A stretch of 64,000 nucleotides of DNA from Takakia lepidozioides (GCA_030704615.1 CM060731.1:75268001-75332000), one strand, 5' to 3'. Positions 22,631 through 36,600 are shown, counted from the first letter of the stretch. Notes: generated from the letters alone by a model not told the origin. Translations and numbers: made by a program.

Positions 22631-23644
22631 AGCTGCTATGTTCATGTCTCGTGCGCTCATGAGCATACCCGCCACCAGTTTCTTACTTCTATCACCTCTC
22701 TCACCTCCCTCACCCCTCTCACCAGCCTGTCTATTGTCCTGGAGGTTTTACTCCTCCGCAAGCTCCAGCAGGTTCTGATCTCTTGGGAAGTCGTCAAGTC
22801 GCACTACATTGTCGTCCTCTGCTTCTGTCAGCTAAATGAGCCGCCCTTCTGCATATCCGAGGTCTGACATCTCCAGCAGCCTCCACCGCATCCGTGTTTT
22901 CTGAAACTGCCTGCAAACCCAATATCTCTGCTTCCAGTCTCCCAAGTGGTTTTACTGGCTAAGCCATGGGCTCATTTTGCTTCATCAGCTTCCGGACTCT
23001 AGGTGGGCTTTTCTGAGGCGATTTCTGAGGTGTTCTATGAGGAGTCGCCTGCCTCGATGCACTTCCACCTTGCGAGCGCAGCACCCGGGCAGGAGTATCC
23101 AAAGTTGTTTGTGTTGGCTCGCCCCCCTGCGATCCCTCCCCAGCTCCCATGTCAAACAAACAGGAAAACATGACACACTGCACGCAAAAAAAAAGGTGTA
23201 AAAGGAATAGTGCGTACGGAGTGTTTTACATCCGCGAAGCACGAATCTCTCACTGGTGGGCGATCCGAGTCTCCGGATAACGAGGTCTGCATTTCCTGCA
23301 TGAGACGGAGCTTAAATCGTTCCCAAAATCCCGCGTCATCCTTCTCTGCGCCGGAGTCGCCTGACCTTCCACAAACTCTATGCTATCACTATGTTATATA
23401 AGGAGAGGAAACGCAGGAGAACGTCACTGCACAAGGGCAAGGAGCGAGAGAGCGAAGCGGTGGAACATGCAACCACTGTGCACGAGCAGATGCGTAAGCA
23501 GCCACGTCTCCCGAAGCGTTGCCACCGTCCACCACTTTCTGCCGTATGGGTGATGAAGAGATTGTGACCCCTGACACGTTCGCACGGATGAAATCGACTG
23601 GAACACGACGCGTGCCTGTTCAAGCCACCAATAGAAGACGCTTT

Positions 23645-25135
23645 ATCCGAATTGCGGCACCGAAATACCGTTCCGTTCACCGGATGCTGTTCCCGGAGCA
23701 GCCGACATTGAATGAACTATCCGCACATCATGAAACCCAACCGCCATGAAATTCCCCTGCCTACCGACATTCAACAGTCAGGTCGGTACATTTCATCAGC
23801 GGACGGATGAATTTCGGCGTCGAAATTCATCCTATGCAAGTGCTTTCATACACAAACATATGAATTTCGGTGCCGCAATTCATCGCTTCCCCAGTCCTCA
23901 TCCATCATGAGCAAACCTGTCAGTCGGATATCGGAGCTCGAATTAATTCCGGGACAGTGAAGAACGCTGCGCTTAGGCACATTTCATCCATATTTCGGCG
24001 CCGAAATTCATTAAGAATATCTCCGTCCGCGCGTAGACAAGGTGAAATCATCCATATTTCGGCGCCGAAATACATCCAGCGCGAAGACTAAATCGGCACC
24101 ATGCTATGCTTTGCCGCCATCATTGCCCCTCACGGTTGCTGTCCATGCCTGTTGGACTTGCCATGTCTGGACTGTTTAGTATAATTTCGGCGCCGAAATT
24201 ATACTTTATGTGCGGCAACGTCCTGTACGAAAAATGACCACTTAATGGATACTGTCAGTTTCAAATGAAAACAACGGCTAAAATGCAATTAATTTTCCCC
24301 CAACATGAAAAAATAATCCCCTTTCGTCATTGGATAACGGCCTTTTGAAAGACATAAGGGGTTGAATGTGCCGATTTCTCCATTTAATGCAGAATATTCG
24401 TGTTATCTTTGTTTGAATGGGTTATTTGCAACGAATTTCGGAACCTTACATCATCCAGAAGCAAGAAGTAAGTGTCGGGTTCGGACAAATTTCGGCGCCG
24501 AAATTCATCCGTCGCATAGAAAATGTAATATTGGAGTTACCTTTGTGGACAGTAAAGATGAATTTCGGCGCCGAAATTCATCCATTTCAAAGAAAAATAA
24601 ATATTGGAGGGAGGGCATTGGATTAATTTCGGCGCCGAAATCCAGCGCTCAAACCCTTAAAAGAAATTGGAGGGATGACTTCGGATGAATTTCGGCGCCG
24701 AAATTCAGCTGACGCAAGGAAAAAAAATGGAAAGAGGACTTCGGATGAATTTCGGCGCCGAAATTCATCCAACGTCGTCCCTCCATTATTTTTTTTCCCA
24801 TGTGAACGATGAATTTCGGCGCCGAAATTCATCCCTACTGTCGATTCAGGATTACTCTCATTCGGATGTCGGCACCGAAATCCGGACACGTGGTGAATCA
24901 TGACTCTAATCACGAACACATTCATCCGTATTTCGGCTCCGAAATTCATCCCTTATGTGCAGAAATAATTTCATGAAGAATATGTTCATCCGAATTTCGG
25001 CACTGAAATCCATCCGTCGGGTGCTTGCTCAGTTTCATGAGGTGAACAAATTTCGATTTCTGTCGCCGGAATTCATACCGTGGCTTCCAAATCTGTTACA
25101 TGACAGACATGTTCATCCAGATTTCGGTGCCGAAA
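23645..25135. repeat. Array of ~19 palindromic motifs, consensus GATGAATTTCGGCGCCGAAATTCATC, at ~60-70 bp period
   Basis: Best copies at ~23806, 23990, 24053, 24182, 24487, 24557, 24621, 24683, 24743 and 24808; degenerate copies continue to ~25130. Confidence 0.92.
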
Positions 25136-25685
25136 GCAAGCAGGATCCTCAACCTGATCTCCAATAGAGGGTAAGATGATGGCTATGTACAGAGCTCAAA
25201 TGGTGTTGTGACAGGCACTTATTGAATAAGAAATGAAGAGAAACAGCAGAAGAGCATTCATTTTTACTATAGTAAAAGAGCTCTTTATGATGTTCAATGT
25301 TAAGCTCTTGTATAAGATGCAAAAGCTTCATAAGATCAGGGGGCGCACAGCCATATGAAAATCAAGCAGCAGGAAAAGGAGGATGATCCAAGGGGCAAAC
25401 TGAAAAAACCAGAAGCCACGTTTACAAAAAGTACCCAAGGATGGACCTCGCTCTAGATCTAATCTAAACATTGTGATTTACAAGGGCTACTGCAGGCCAC
25501 AAGACCTCAGTGGAGACAGTAAAACCTGAGGGATAACAACACTCCTATAGACTACACACAATTACTCCCATGAGGAAACAAAGATTGCATGGAACAACTA
25601 CAGCCATAGATTGATGGAGGATGCTTCAACCAGAGACAAATGATTGTTCTGTCATCCATAGGTAGGCTGACACACTTGCTGAAGG

Positions 25686-28608
25686 CTACAAGATGGTGCA
25701 TTGAGAATTCCTTTTCAACTCCGTGTCAATTTTCTTCTTAAACTCCTCTCTCTCCTTCTTCGCCTTGGCAAGCTCCTCCCGTAGCCTCTGAATATCTGTA
25801 TCAGCCTGATCCTTGGCCTGTCGAGCACGTTCCTCGGCTGCCTCACGGGCATTCTTCTCAGCATTCAACTTCTCCTCTAACTTTTCTGCACTCAACCGCA
25901 ACTTCTCCTCCACCTACACGCAAGAACAACACTATATCAATTTCAGCTGTCTATATCATTAATCTACTTTCTGGCAAGAACAAAGCCTGTGTGTACTCGG
26001 TATGGTGATCAGCACACAATCCAGAAATAGTGCCCGAAGCGTGACCATTGGTACATACCATGCATGGTATACCACTACCCACCAACAAAATTTCAATTCT
26101 TTGTTGATCTGAGTTCTATGTGGAGACTAGCCCAGGAAATGTGCTTAATATGTAGGCCCTCAGGAAGACCAGAAGCATGCTGAACCAAAAAGATAGACAT
26201 GCATTATTCAACTGCAAAGGCCTCGACAGGATTGGAATAATAAAGAAGATTACCCTCGCCACGAATTGATTCAGCTGCTTCTCATACGCCTCAGCCAGCT
26301 CTTGCTTTATTTCTTTCAGTTCTTGGAAGTGATATCCACTTGCGCTACTACTACGCTGGTCTTGCTCTGATCTTTTTGCCAGGTCCTACAACAGCCGTAG
26401 AGTGTACAACGCCTCAATAGTAAGCCTTTATGGAAAGCATGAGATACTTGGTGATTGCAGTCATAATATCCATTGCCAAGTAACAAGGAGACCCTCTAAA
26501 TCTAACGAAAGAAACCTCCCAGATGTAGACATAAAGTCCAAAGGTTGGTTGCAAGGCAACAGGTTTTTTGAAGGAACAGCAGCAGGAAGTAGAAAAAATT
26601 AGACCTTGAGAAAGGAAAATGATACTGGCAAGCATAATACCTGTACACAGAAGCTCATGGCCGAAACAATGTACACTATTCAAATTGGCTGACAATATCC
26701 ATATGTTGCTGCATAACTGCTCTCCCACTGCCAACAGTGGAAGCAAGAGACGATCAGAGGGCGAAATGAAAACCTGGGCTTCCTGGAGGAGCTCATTGGA
26801 ATAGGGGCTGCCACCGTTGGCCAAAAGCATGTCATCAATGACGTTAAGCAAATTCCCAAGTTGTTTCTCTCTGGTGGATTTGTCTTTGGCCTTGTTATCA
26901 AATACCACCTTTCGGTTTCCGCATCGCTGTAAAAACTCCTGCATCTCCAAATAGTCATAGGATAAGATCTACCAATAGAGTATATGGTCAACATGTAAGC
27001 AAAGTTCAGATGGGAAGCGGAAATAATTGGAAATTCCATACAAAGTGAAGGACTGCCGGAGAGATGTATCAATTCTTTTGTCTTTAAAATCTCCTCTTGA
27101 GTACTCCTTGAATTCTAACCCAGTTGTACAGTATATGCGAGTGCAAACTTTGCTGTAGGGCTCATGCAGAGCTCATAACAATCTGGTTAGAGGGAACTGA
27201 ATAATATTTGATGGTTGTGCTGCCATTGACTTCATACTAAAAATATTAGGTTTACTCCAGCACTGCTGCAGTAGCCTTCTAGCAGGAAAGAGACATGAAA
27301 ATGCAGCTGCAGTTGCACTTCCTGTCACACAAAACCGAGAGAATGTATTCCTGCCGTCCCCTGCAAACGTTGGCTTGCCATAGCCTTACGGCTGCTAACC
27401 CTGCGGGAAACTAACCCTTCCGCCTTTTGTGGGGTTTGCACCTATCAGGGTTTAGCTTATTGCCACAGCTCAGCTGCAGGTCTTAACTTGCTTTCCTGCA
27501 ACTGTCATTAAGGCACTCACAGGCACTTGTGCAAGCAAACTCAACAGCCCCATTGCAGGGTTATTGATTTTAGATTTTAAAGCCTTACACAGAAATGACA
27601 TGCCTGGGGAGGTTGGGAGGCTTCTGCCCGTCACTCTGGGTTGTGTGAAGGGCAAAAAAAACATGGAGAGGGAGAGAGAGAGAGGGAGAGAGAGAGAGTC
27701 TCTTACACGTAGAAACTCAGGACAATCTTCTCCAAGGTATTCTTCTATGGTTTGCTCATTTTCCTCCAGTTCATCGCCCCCAGTAAATACGACCACCATG
27801 TAATTAACCACTTTCTCCCCAAATATAATCTGCAAGCTCTCAACAGCAGCAATTTCTTCTGCAGTGAATCGATTTCTCACAGACAGAACCAACAGCAGCG
27901 CATGAACACCGTCCTTTGCAAGATCCAAGCAATTCATGATCTCCTTGCCTATATACTCATGTGACATCGAAGGGTCAAACAATCCTGTTCAAAATTCACA
28001 TAAAGGAACATATTAGGACGCCAGATCTTCACACAAATTCAGACTGTATAGCTTCGCATCATGTGCCCCGCCATACTAAGAGAGAGGAGGAAATTACGAA
28101 CCCCCAAGCAGCAGAATCAGGGCCAGGGTCCAGAGCGGCACAAGTCTATCAACGCCCTCATAAAACATTCCATCATATGATCGAAATCATGACTCTGAGT
28201 AGGGGAAGACGATCACAACTTTCCGGGTGTAAGACGTACAAAACATTAGTGTGAAAAATCAAAACTAGGAACAGATAACGCAAATGGACCCCGGAGATTG
28301 GTGAGATTGAACATTGTCATAAAATTTCTGAACAAGGAGAGAATTTGGGCACTGTACAGGTTTTCAGGGAGGGTGACATTACCCGGGGTATCAATAACTC
28401 GAAGGCAGCGGCCATCGGGGCGGATGATGGATCGAAGCTCGCATGTGCTGGTGACGGCGGAGGAGCTTGACCTCGAATTGAATTTCCGTGACCCCAATAT
28501 GGAATTCCCTGTTGAACTCTTCCCATTCCCAGTGCGCCCCACCAGCACAAGCGTGGTGGGAACGGTGCTCGCCGCCATCTCCCAGTCTTCATAGTCTGAC
28601 CCCCCCAT
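25686..28608 (-). CDS. AIG1-type / immune-associated nucleotide-binding (IAN, GIMAP-like) GTPase, ~342 aa; exons 28608-28383, 27984-27707, 26938-26774, 26385-26254, 25913-25686
   Basis: G1 LVGRTGNGKSSTGNSILG, G3 VIDTPGLFD, G4 VFTGGDEL, CGNRKVVFDNK, C-terminal coiled coil and CaaX CTIL. All introns are GT-AG and in phase. Confidence 0.95.
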
Positions 28609-29928
28609 GGCCACCCCTCACCAAATCACTCCGAAATCTCCAACCTAACCTTATCAAGGAAGCCCAATCCTCAATTCTGTGTCGCAAGCTTCGCGCATCA
28701 GCAATCTTCGCGCTTTCTTGCACCTATGATCTCAAACGAGCGAAGGACACAGACACAGAGGAGAGAGACGGTGGGTGCAACCGGAGGGTCCGGTCGAGAG
28801 GCGGTCGGGCCTCCACTTCGGCCAAACGGAGGGCGGTTCGCAGTCGTATCCGATAACGTAACGGAGTAGTGATTCGTAACGGAAACCATACTACAGAAAA
28901 ACATTTTTGGAACCCCGTCCGGCTAGTTACAACTCTTCCCAGCAATACAATAAAAAACAATCTCGGTTGGTTCCCGCAAGATTGCCTGTCGATTCCGCAG
29001 CCGCCGGAATAGGGCGTCGGTACCTTTTTGACCTTTGTATGTTACGCCACGCAGTTCGCCCGACTGACACTAGCCGGTCATCACCGCTCCTGCTTCACCG
29101 GTAATGACCCGTCGCCAGTTGCCCTTATCCTCCCGAGCACGAAAATTTCCGCACGTGCGCATGCGGCTGCCCGACAGGCAACTGGCGGTGGCCTGTTTTT
29201 AATTGTTTATCCCGCAGCATATGAAAATAACAAATTGTCATTTTATTATTTATTAGTTATTGTTTAATCATAATAATGTTGATAGTATATTTTATATTAA
29301 TGCGATTATCACTTCATGTCGACCGGAAACGGGCCACGGGCAGTGCCCGCTTTTTCCTCCTTATAGTTTCCCACGAGGTTATCTTTTCCTCGTCCTTTTT
29401 TTCTTTTTCTTTTTTCTAAAAAGAAAAGGCTGGACAGTCCTCTTATTATAGAATTCGCTCCCAGGTTTCCGTTTCTTAAAAAAAAAACAAAAAGAAAAAA
29501 TCGGCCCTTCCATCGGCTTTTTCTCTATTAAAAGAAAAAGAAAAACAAGGAAACGGGCTATAAGAGGTCCGGATGGGATCGTCCTGTTCAACAGAGCCCC
29601 CTTCAGCTGACACAGTCTTCGCTGCGGATATCCTGTGGTGTTAGGGTGCTCGAGGATTGCAGAATCCACGTGCTGTAGAAGCGATTGAATTCAACACATA
29701 TATATACGAGATCTTATATGCTAAAGCCTGCGAGATCTTCTATGAGCGTTAGGAAACCATTCAGCTTGATGATGGATATAGGGGGCGGAATCCAGTAGTC
29801 TAGTCTAGTCTGTGGATTATCAGAGACCATTGTGCAGTTCCGGAGTGGTTCACCTGCCTGGAGAATCGATCAGGAGCAGGATCGTCTCTGAAGAAGTCCA
29901 ATAGGATTTCAGAGTGAAATCTGCATCA

Positions 29929-32900
29929 ATGGAGGAAGGCCCACGGGAGGTGGTGTGTAGCTCCGAGTCCCTGCAAGCACGTCGACCCAACTGTGGTCGA
30001 CGCTCGACCCGGATATCTCGGATGATATCGACAAGCGTTATGGTAGTGATTGCTGTGTGCATGGTTATGGTGATGCCTGCTGTGCATGCAGGTGCGAATG
30101 AGTTTTTCAAGAGTAGTGTGTCTGGCACTGCCAATGTGGATCCTTCTCAAAGCAGATTTTTGAATGAGGATAAAGTCTATGGAGAGTCCAAGTCGATAAA
30201 AGCGTTGAAGCAGCCGTTTCGGACTGGCTTTCACTTCCAGCCTCGCAAGAATTGGATGAACGGTAAGCTTGACTGCAGATACGAGTGGAGAGAGAATATG
30301 ATCAATGCTTTTACAATATTAGCTGATGAAGAGATGCAATTGTTTGAGAGGCTATCGGCCCAAAATCCATACTTTCACAGAACCATAAGTCCTCGAATGC
30401 CTTATGTCTTTGCATCTTCTCGCCTGCTTCTGTCACTTCCATTGCTCCTGCTCACCATTTACGCAATCAGGGTCTTTATGTATTTCTCTCTCTTTCTCTC
30501 TCTCCCTGGGGATTCTCATTCTAACAGAGCACGTGGGTGATGATGGGTGGGCGGGCGATGAACCTGCGACGTACTTCAACATGCAGACCCAAATGGTCAG
30601 TCTCTCTACCATAACTATATGTTTTATTCAACTTCCATTCGCTTCCTGGGAAATTAGTTTCAAAGTTCTGAAGAGAGGGGGCACAAGTGTCAAAACCTCA
30701 CACTTAATGTGTGGCTATTTGCTGCTTGGTCCTTTTCTGAATTGAGAGAGAGAGAGATATTTTCAGTTACAGCTCAATGTAATCACGGAGGCAATGTCCA
30801 CTGTGATTGTCTATCAAATGCAAATAACTTCACTTCCTTAGCTGCATGATGAGAGGTGAAGACAGATCACTTTCATTCTTTCTCTGGCCAGATGTGAGGG
30901 TAAGGTTCCATATTTGTGGTGAAGGAATACTATCCAAAAAAGCTTAGTTTAAGGCCGACAAAGTTTCACAAATGAGAGAACATGTACCAATATCTCTTAA
31001 CAACATTGAAAGTTGACTTCTTTGCAGGCCCAATGTTTTACAAGGGATACTATCACCTCTTTTATCAATACAACCCATATGCAGCAGTGTGGGGCAATAT
31101 AGTCTGGGGTCACGTGGTCTCAAAGGACCTCCTTCACTGGCGTTATCTGAAGCAGGCCCTGAAGGGCGACCAGTGGTACGACATAAAGGGTGTCTGGTCA
31201 GGCTCAGCCACATTTTTGAAAGATGGGTCGCCAGTGTTGCTGTATACAGGCTGGACAAATGCCTCTGCACAAGTCCAGAACATGGCTGTTCCAGCTAACA
31301 AATCTGACCCACTACTGAGACATTGGGTTAAGGTTAGTCTTTGATCCATATCATCCAACACCCATTTGGGGACAGCTCTCTCTCTCTGGGCCTCTTGCGT
31401 GCGTGTATACATTTATTTCTTATTTGTGTTGTGTCATTCTCTCTCTTGTGTGCTAGTATTCTTTCCTGTGACACTATATCACCAAGGGCCAGTTTTGGTG
31501 GTCTTCATAGAGTAACAAACATCAGTTATACCTCCTCTGGCCTCTAAGTCTCAGTTGCTTTTTTGAGACCAGTTAGAATAAACCCGTGGTAATCTGAGAC
31601 CAAAATTTGCTTTATAAAAAATAGAAAAACCAGATGGAGTCTCACTTCAGCTGGTCTCAAATAGTGCTCATAATTCCGTATTTACGTTGCCTCCCCATCA
31701 AACTCTATTAAGTTTGCAGGCTCTGTCCTCTGTACACATCAAGTACAAAACAAGAATAGTTGAAGCAACTTTGAGATCTAGTTTCAGATTTAAACAGCCT
31801 GTCAGGTGTGCATTCTCCCTGTATGAATTGTTTATGCCTGCGATGGGGCTCCAGGTGCTCTCACATGTGAAGGTCAAAGCTTGCATACCTGAATCACAAC
31901 TTGAATCTTGATAAAGTTGACACAATCATGATTCTAGAATGGTTTGATGGATGATATCTTGTATTGAATTATTTGAGCACATCTTAAGTTGCGAAGTCCT
32001 TCTGTGTTTGCTCAGGTTCCGGAGAATCCAATTGCAGTAGCACCCTCTGGATACAACAGCAGCGAATTTCGGGACCCCACAACGGCCTGGCAAGGTCCAG
32101 ATGGGGTATGGAAGATTCTGGTAGGTGCAAACAGGGGTGTTGGTGGGAGCATTGGAACTGCTCTAGTGTACAAGAGTAAGGATTTTCGCACATGGGATTT
32201 GGAGCATCCCTTGCACTCAGTGGCTGGCACTGGAATGTGGGAGTGCCCAGATTTTTATCCAGTGCCAGTTTCCGGGACGCTGGGCTTGGAATCCTCCGTC
32301 CATGGGCCTTCAGTGAAACATGTGCTGAAAATTAGCTCTGATAACAAGAAGCACGACTATTACTCTGTGGGAACATACAATGTAGAAACAGACACATACG
32401 AGCCGGAAAGTCCGAAACTGGACACTGCAATTGGGCTACGTTATGACTATGGAAAGTACTATGCCTCCAAAACATTCTTTGATCAGCACATGAAGCGGCG
32501 CATTCTGTTGGGGTGGGTTAATGAATCGGACAGTGTGCAAGACGACATCAAGAAGGACTGGTCATCTGTCCAGGTACGTGGTAATCTAACCATGATTGAA
32601 GACACAATAGGTCGATTCTGCTTTTCTATTACATAAAATGTAACCATGTTTTGGAAGTTTTGACCTTCTAGGCTTTGGAAACTTTGAAAATAGAGGGAAT
32701 CATGCTTGCTATTCTGACCCAATTCAAGAAAAGAGCTTCTTGAGCCATTATGCTTTGTCAACTCCCATGTCAACTCTCAGTGGGTTGGACGGGATATATA
32801 TTCTTTCTAGCACTGGACCATATTTGAAAATCCCAATCCTAATGTTCTCAGGTATTGAATCGCTTATGGGTGGCAGGCAATACCCAGGAAAGTATGGCTC

Positions 32901-35286
32901 GACAGCAGTACCAGTACTGACCTCATACAGTGGCCGATTGAGGAGGTTGAACGTCTTCGCACCACCAAAGTCTCTATGGAGAAAGTGAAATTGAACTCCG
33001 GGTCAGCGGTGCTACTCAAGCATGTTCATGGTGTTCAGGTAAAGTCTTCATGATCTCTTTGGCTGTCCCTCTTTATCTCTCTTCTCCCCCCGCCTCCTCC
33101 CTTCTGTCTCATTTCAGAGGGCCTTTCTGGCACTCAACAAAGAGTACATGCTGCCTATCTGAGAACTCACGTGGCCCATCTGTGGCAGCTATGATTGTGA
33201 GGATAGTGCATTCTCTGAGGCATCAAGTAATGGGTTGCATCTCAAGGAGGGTCCCTCTTGAAGTAGTGAAACAGTGTGGTGAGCAGATGAAAATCCAATG
33301 CCATTGAGCCTGTGTCTAATGAATCAATGTCAAATATGTTTCTTTTTTGCTGGTCTACAGCTTGATCTGGAGTTGGTTTTTGACCTCCCGGATGTGAGTC
33401 AAGGATCATCGCCGCCAGAATTCATAGCAGAAGAAGGGCAGCTGGCATGTAGCCAAACTGGAGCAGGAACAAAGGGCCTCTATGGGCCCTTTGGAATTTT
33501 AGTGCTGGCAACTGATGACCTGCAGGAGCAGACAGCTGTCTACTTCCACTTAGTCCACTCTAAAAAAGAGGGCTGGAAAACTCTTGTTTGCAGTGACCAA
33601 AGCAGGTATGTATCAATCTCACTGTCTCTGTGCTTTTTCTAGCCAGTCTATCTCGTCTCTGTCATTGACTGGCCGCTGTCATTCTTCATTTGGTTCCCCA
33701 CTTTTCCTCTCTATGGTGAAATATCACTCAATTATACACAAGATGAAGCCTGGCTTGAATCTACTCAGCTTCTCGACAGCTTTTGACAAAGAACTGCAAC
33801 TGACCTAAAATCTAAAACTGTCCCGCCCTGGGCACTAAATGTAACGTTTATTTGTACTTCCACTCGGGTGGGGGGGGCGGGGGCAGGTTCGAGCAATGAG
33901 GACATATCTGCTGCAATGTAATGGCTGTTTTTCTGAACAGGGTGCACCATTGACTGTTTATTTGTACTTCCACTCGGGTGGGGGGGGCGGGGGCAGGTTC
34001 GAGCAATGAGGACATATCTGCTGCAATGTAATGGCTGTTTTTCTGAACAGGGTGCACCATTGACTGCCGGGTAGTTCAGTGAGCATATGTATGGCAGGCT
34101 CTGACATGGGAAGGTGGGCTTGGCCAGGTCCTCGGTGGCATCAGAGTTGGACAAGACCACCTATGGCAGCTATGTCCGTGTACATCGACAGGACAACTTC
34201 CTTTCTTTGCGCGTCTTGGTAAGGTTTCTCTTATCCAGCATACTTGAAACACAAGTAGAACCTGCACATTCTAAACTCAGATTTGAGGGGCGAAGGAGCC
34301 TATGCCTCACATGGGAAAATTCGAAATAGTTTTGTGCACCTTGAGGAAATGTCGGCCATTCATGCGCAAGGAAGCAAGAGACTTAGACATTATGTAACTG
34401 GTAGTCTTTGGTTGCCGTAACCTTGTGTTACCTGCCCCCACACCGAAGGCTCGCTCTTAGTAAGGGGAGACCCTCCTCTAATCTTTGAAATCTCCCTCGG
34501 AAAGCTCTTAACCAATACAGCCACCAGTCTTGATCTTGCTGGATAAACCTGACTTAGAGAGTGTAGTGTCCAAAGCCATGTCTGTTACCAGAAAATTGTC
34601 CGATGAAAATGAAGTTAGGAAGAAAACTTCCCTGAACCTGTTTCCAGCCTGTGACATGGGGAGGACATCATACATGGGGGAGGACATCATGGATGCGCTC
34701 AAGGGTCTATCCCACTCTTGGCACCAGACTAAAATTTAAACTCAGGGCAGGAAGCCTACCTTTGAACAGTAAACAGAAGCAGAGAGGAAAGGGAGAGTGC
34801 AATTGCCCGTTGTGTGGGCAACCTGAAGACAGTATTCATTTTCTGATGTCCGGGAACGACTGTTGCTAAGCAATTTTGCACTTTACACGCAGCAGGAAAG
34901 ATAGTCACAAAGAACGCAACCCATTCTTTCTTGTGAGTTTGTTTTGGGAAAGGTTAGTCGGGGAGTGAGATGATATCATTCAGATCAAGAACAATCAAGT
35001 TCTCGACGCAAACCTGCAGTTCAGAACCAGTAAGACGGACAGGGCTGCAAACATTGTGAATATATCCTTCTAACTTCAATTCTTTTGCTTGGTGCAGGTG
35101 GACCATTCAGTGGTAGAGACCTTTGCTCAAGGGGGTAGAACAGTCATCACTTCAAGAGTCTATCCAGCGCTTGCGATTGGGAATTCCGCTCGTGTCTTTC
35201 TATTCAACAACGGCACTCAAGACATCATCGCGCATAGCGTTACCGTCTGGAATATGCGAACTGCGAAAATCACTTCTTTCGCATGA
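29929..35286 (+). CDS. GH32 acid beta-fructofuranosidase (invertase); exons 29929-30262, 30587-30595, 31028-31332, 32016-32573, 32877-33038, 33361-33605, 34128-34218, 35098-35286
   Basis: [76 protein letters not shown]-terminal hydrophobic segment; GT-AG introns. Confidence 0.96.
30587..30595 (+). other. 9-bp mini-exon (ACCCAAATG) of the invertase NDPN motif
   Basis: CAG|ACCCAAATG|GTCAGT restores WMNDPNG, including the catalytic nucleophile Asp. Confidence 0.93.
33847..34067 (+). repeat. ~110-bp tandem duplication in an invertase intron
   Basis: Two adjacent near-identical copies TTTATTTGTACTTCCACTCGGG...GGTGCACCATTGACTG. Confidence 0.92.
34520..34870 (+). mobile_element. LINE ORF2 3' fragment (Cys/His zinc-binding end) in an invertase intron
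   Basis: [12 protein letters not shown]...[15 protein letters not shown] is typical of LINE ORF2 C-termini. Confidence 0.6.
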
Positions 35287-35719
35287 GATCTGAATGTAAT
35301 AAAAAATAAGTAAAATCGTCTCATCTCTCATCATCTTGCCCTTGTCTGGAACACTGAATACAAAGCAAGTCTGGGAAACCCATCAGGGATTCACCAACCC
35401 CCAGTCTGCGAACCAACTTCAAAGACAGACACGAAAACAGAACAAATCTCTGCAGACTCATCATCAGTCTGTCATCTTCTCCGCGCTTGTCAGCCGCCAC
35501 ACAAACCCCATGTTCATCCATCATACAATCATCCATCAACAGAAATCAGTCCAAAGATGAAAAATTACATCCGTCCAACATCCGTCTATGCCCGTTCTCA
35601 ATCCATACATGAACGAGTTCACACATCCGTCAGCATTCATCCATGTCCACCACGTACTTCTAAAAACTCGGTACTAGCTCACTTTAGTACCTTCACTCGT
35701 AACTTTAGTATCTCGTGGG

Positions 35720-36000
35720 CGGCTCCACGTCACCCATATCCCGGGCTTGTTCGAGTCTCTAGAACGAGTTCCCGTTGTTTCTCGTGAGAGGAACTCTCTC
35801 GGGCCGAGAAGTTCCTAGTGATGGGAATGTAAAGCCGCCACGCGGAATCCCACGCGTTCGGACGCGAGCGCATAGCGTAAATGGGATGCTTTTTGGGCAC
35901 GTGGCCCTTCATATTCCAACCAAATTGTGGGGCTACCGGGAACTCCCGGTTCCCGGTGCCTCTTTTGACCTGGTGGGCGGGAAGCCGACGTGCCACGTTC
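35720..36000 (+). promoter_or_regulatory. ACGT/G-box cluster upstream of the SEP2-like gene
   Basis: CACGTG at 35898-35903 (GGGCACGTGGCCC), CCACGTCA at ~35725, GACGTGCCACGT at ~35987. Confidence 0.35.
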
Positions 36001-36600
36001 TTCAACCCTCGCTGCTGCCACATCGTCTTCCTCCTCGTGCTGGAATCGGCAAGTGAATAATAAGTTGCTGGAGCATCGCTCGATTGCAGATTCGCACTGT
36101 GCACGGTTGCGTCAGTCGGTGTTGAACAATCCCGAGGAGTTGAGTCGCTGGTGTGTAGAGTCTTGTGAATTTAGTTTAGTTTCTGGCTTTTTCTTTCTGG
36201 TGTTTCGATTTGCCAGAGTTTGCTGCTTGCGAACAGATGTTCTGGTTGAGGCGAGGTGGATCCTGTATGTGATATGAGTGACGGTGTTTTTCTTCTCTGA
36301 AGGTTGGAGTTGTTTTCTCGGTGGTTGTTAGTATCCGGTAGATCGCCATCGAGAGAAGGATTTTGGAGTTCCTTACCGTCAGAAGTGAGTGTTGGAGTAT
36401 TTTTGGCGAATTTTTCTTCGTATGAACTAGAGGGTAGGTTTTGAAGGTTGCGGGACAAGTACTGTTGAATTAAGGATTTCTCGCCTCCTCTGTCCCAGGC
36501 TGTATTGGAAATCTATTAGCCTTCTGTAGTTTGTGATCTGGGAGTGAGAGCGCTCATTTATCAGATCTAACGCCTCTGGTAAAGAAAGACGTCATCGGGT

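Noticed and set aside
24362-24949. ORFs with repeated NFGAEIH / EFRRRNS peptides
   Set aside because: Translation artefacts of the palindrome array, appearing on both strands.
24480-25135. CRISPR array
   Set aside because: Eukaryotic context with no cas genes. Repeats are loop-less perfect palindromes that decay toward both ends, and spacers are related to each other.
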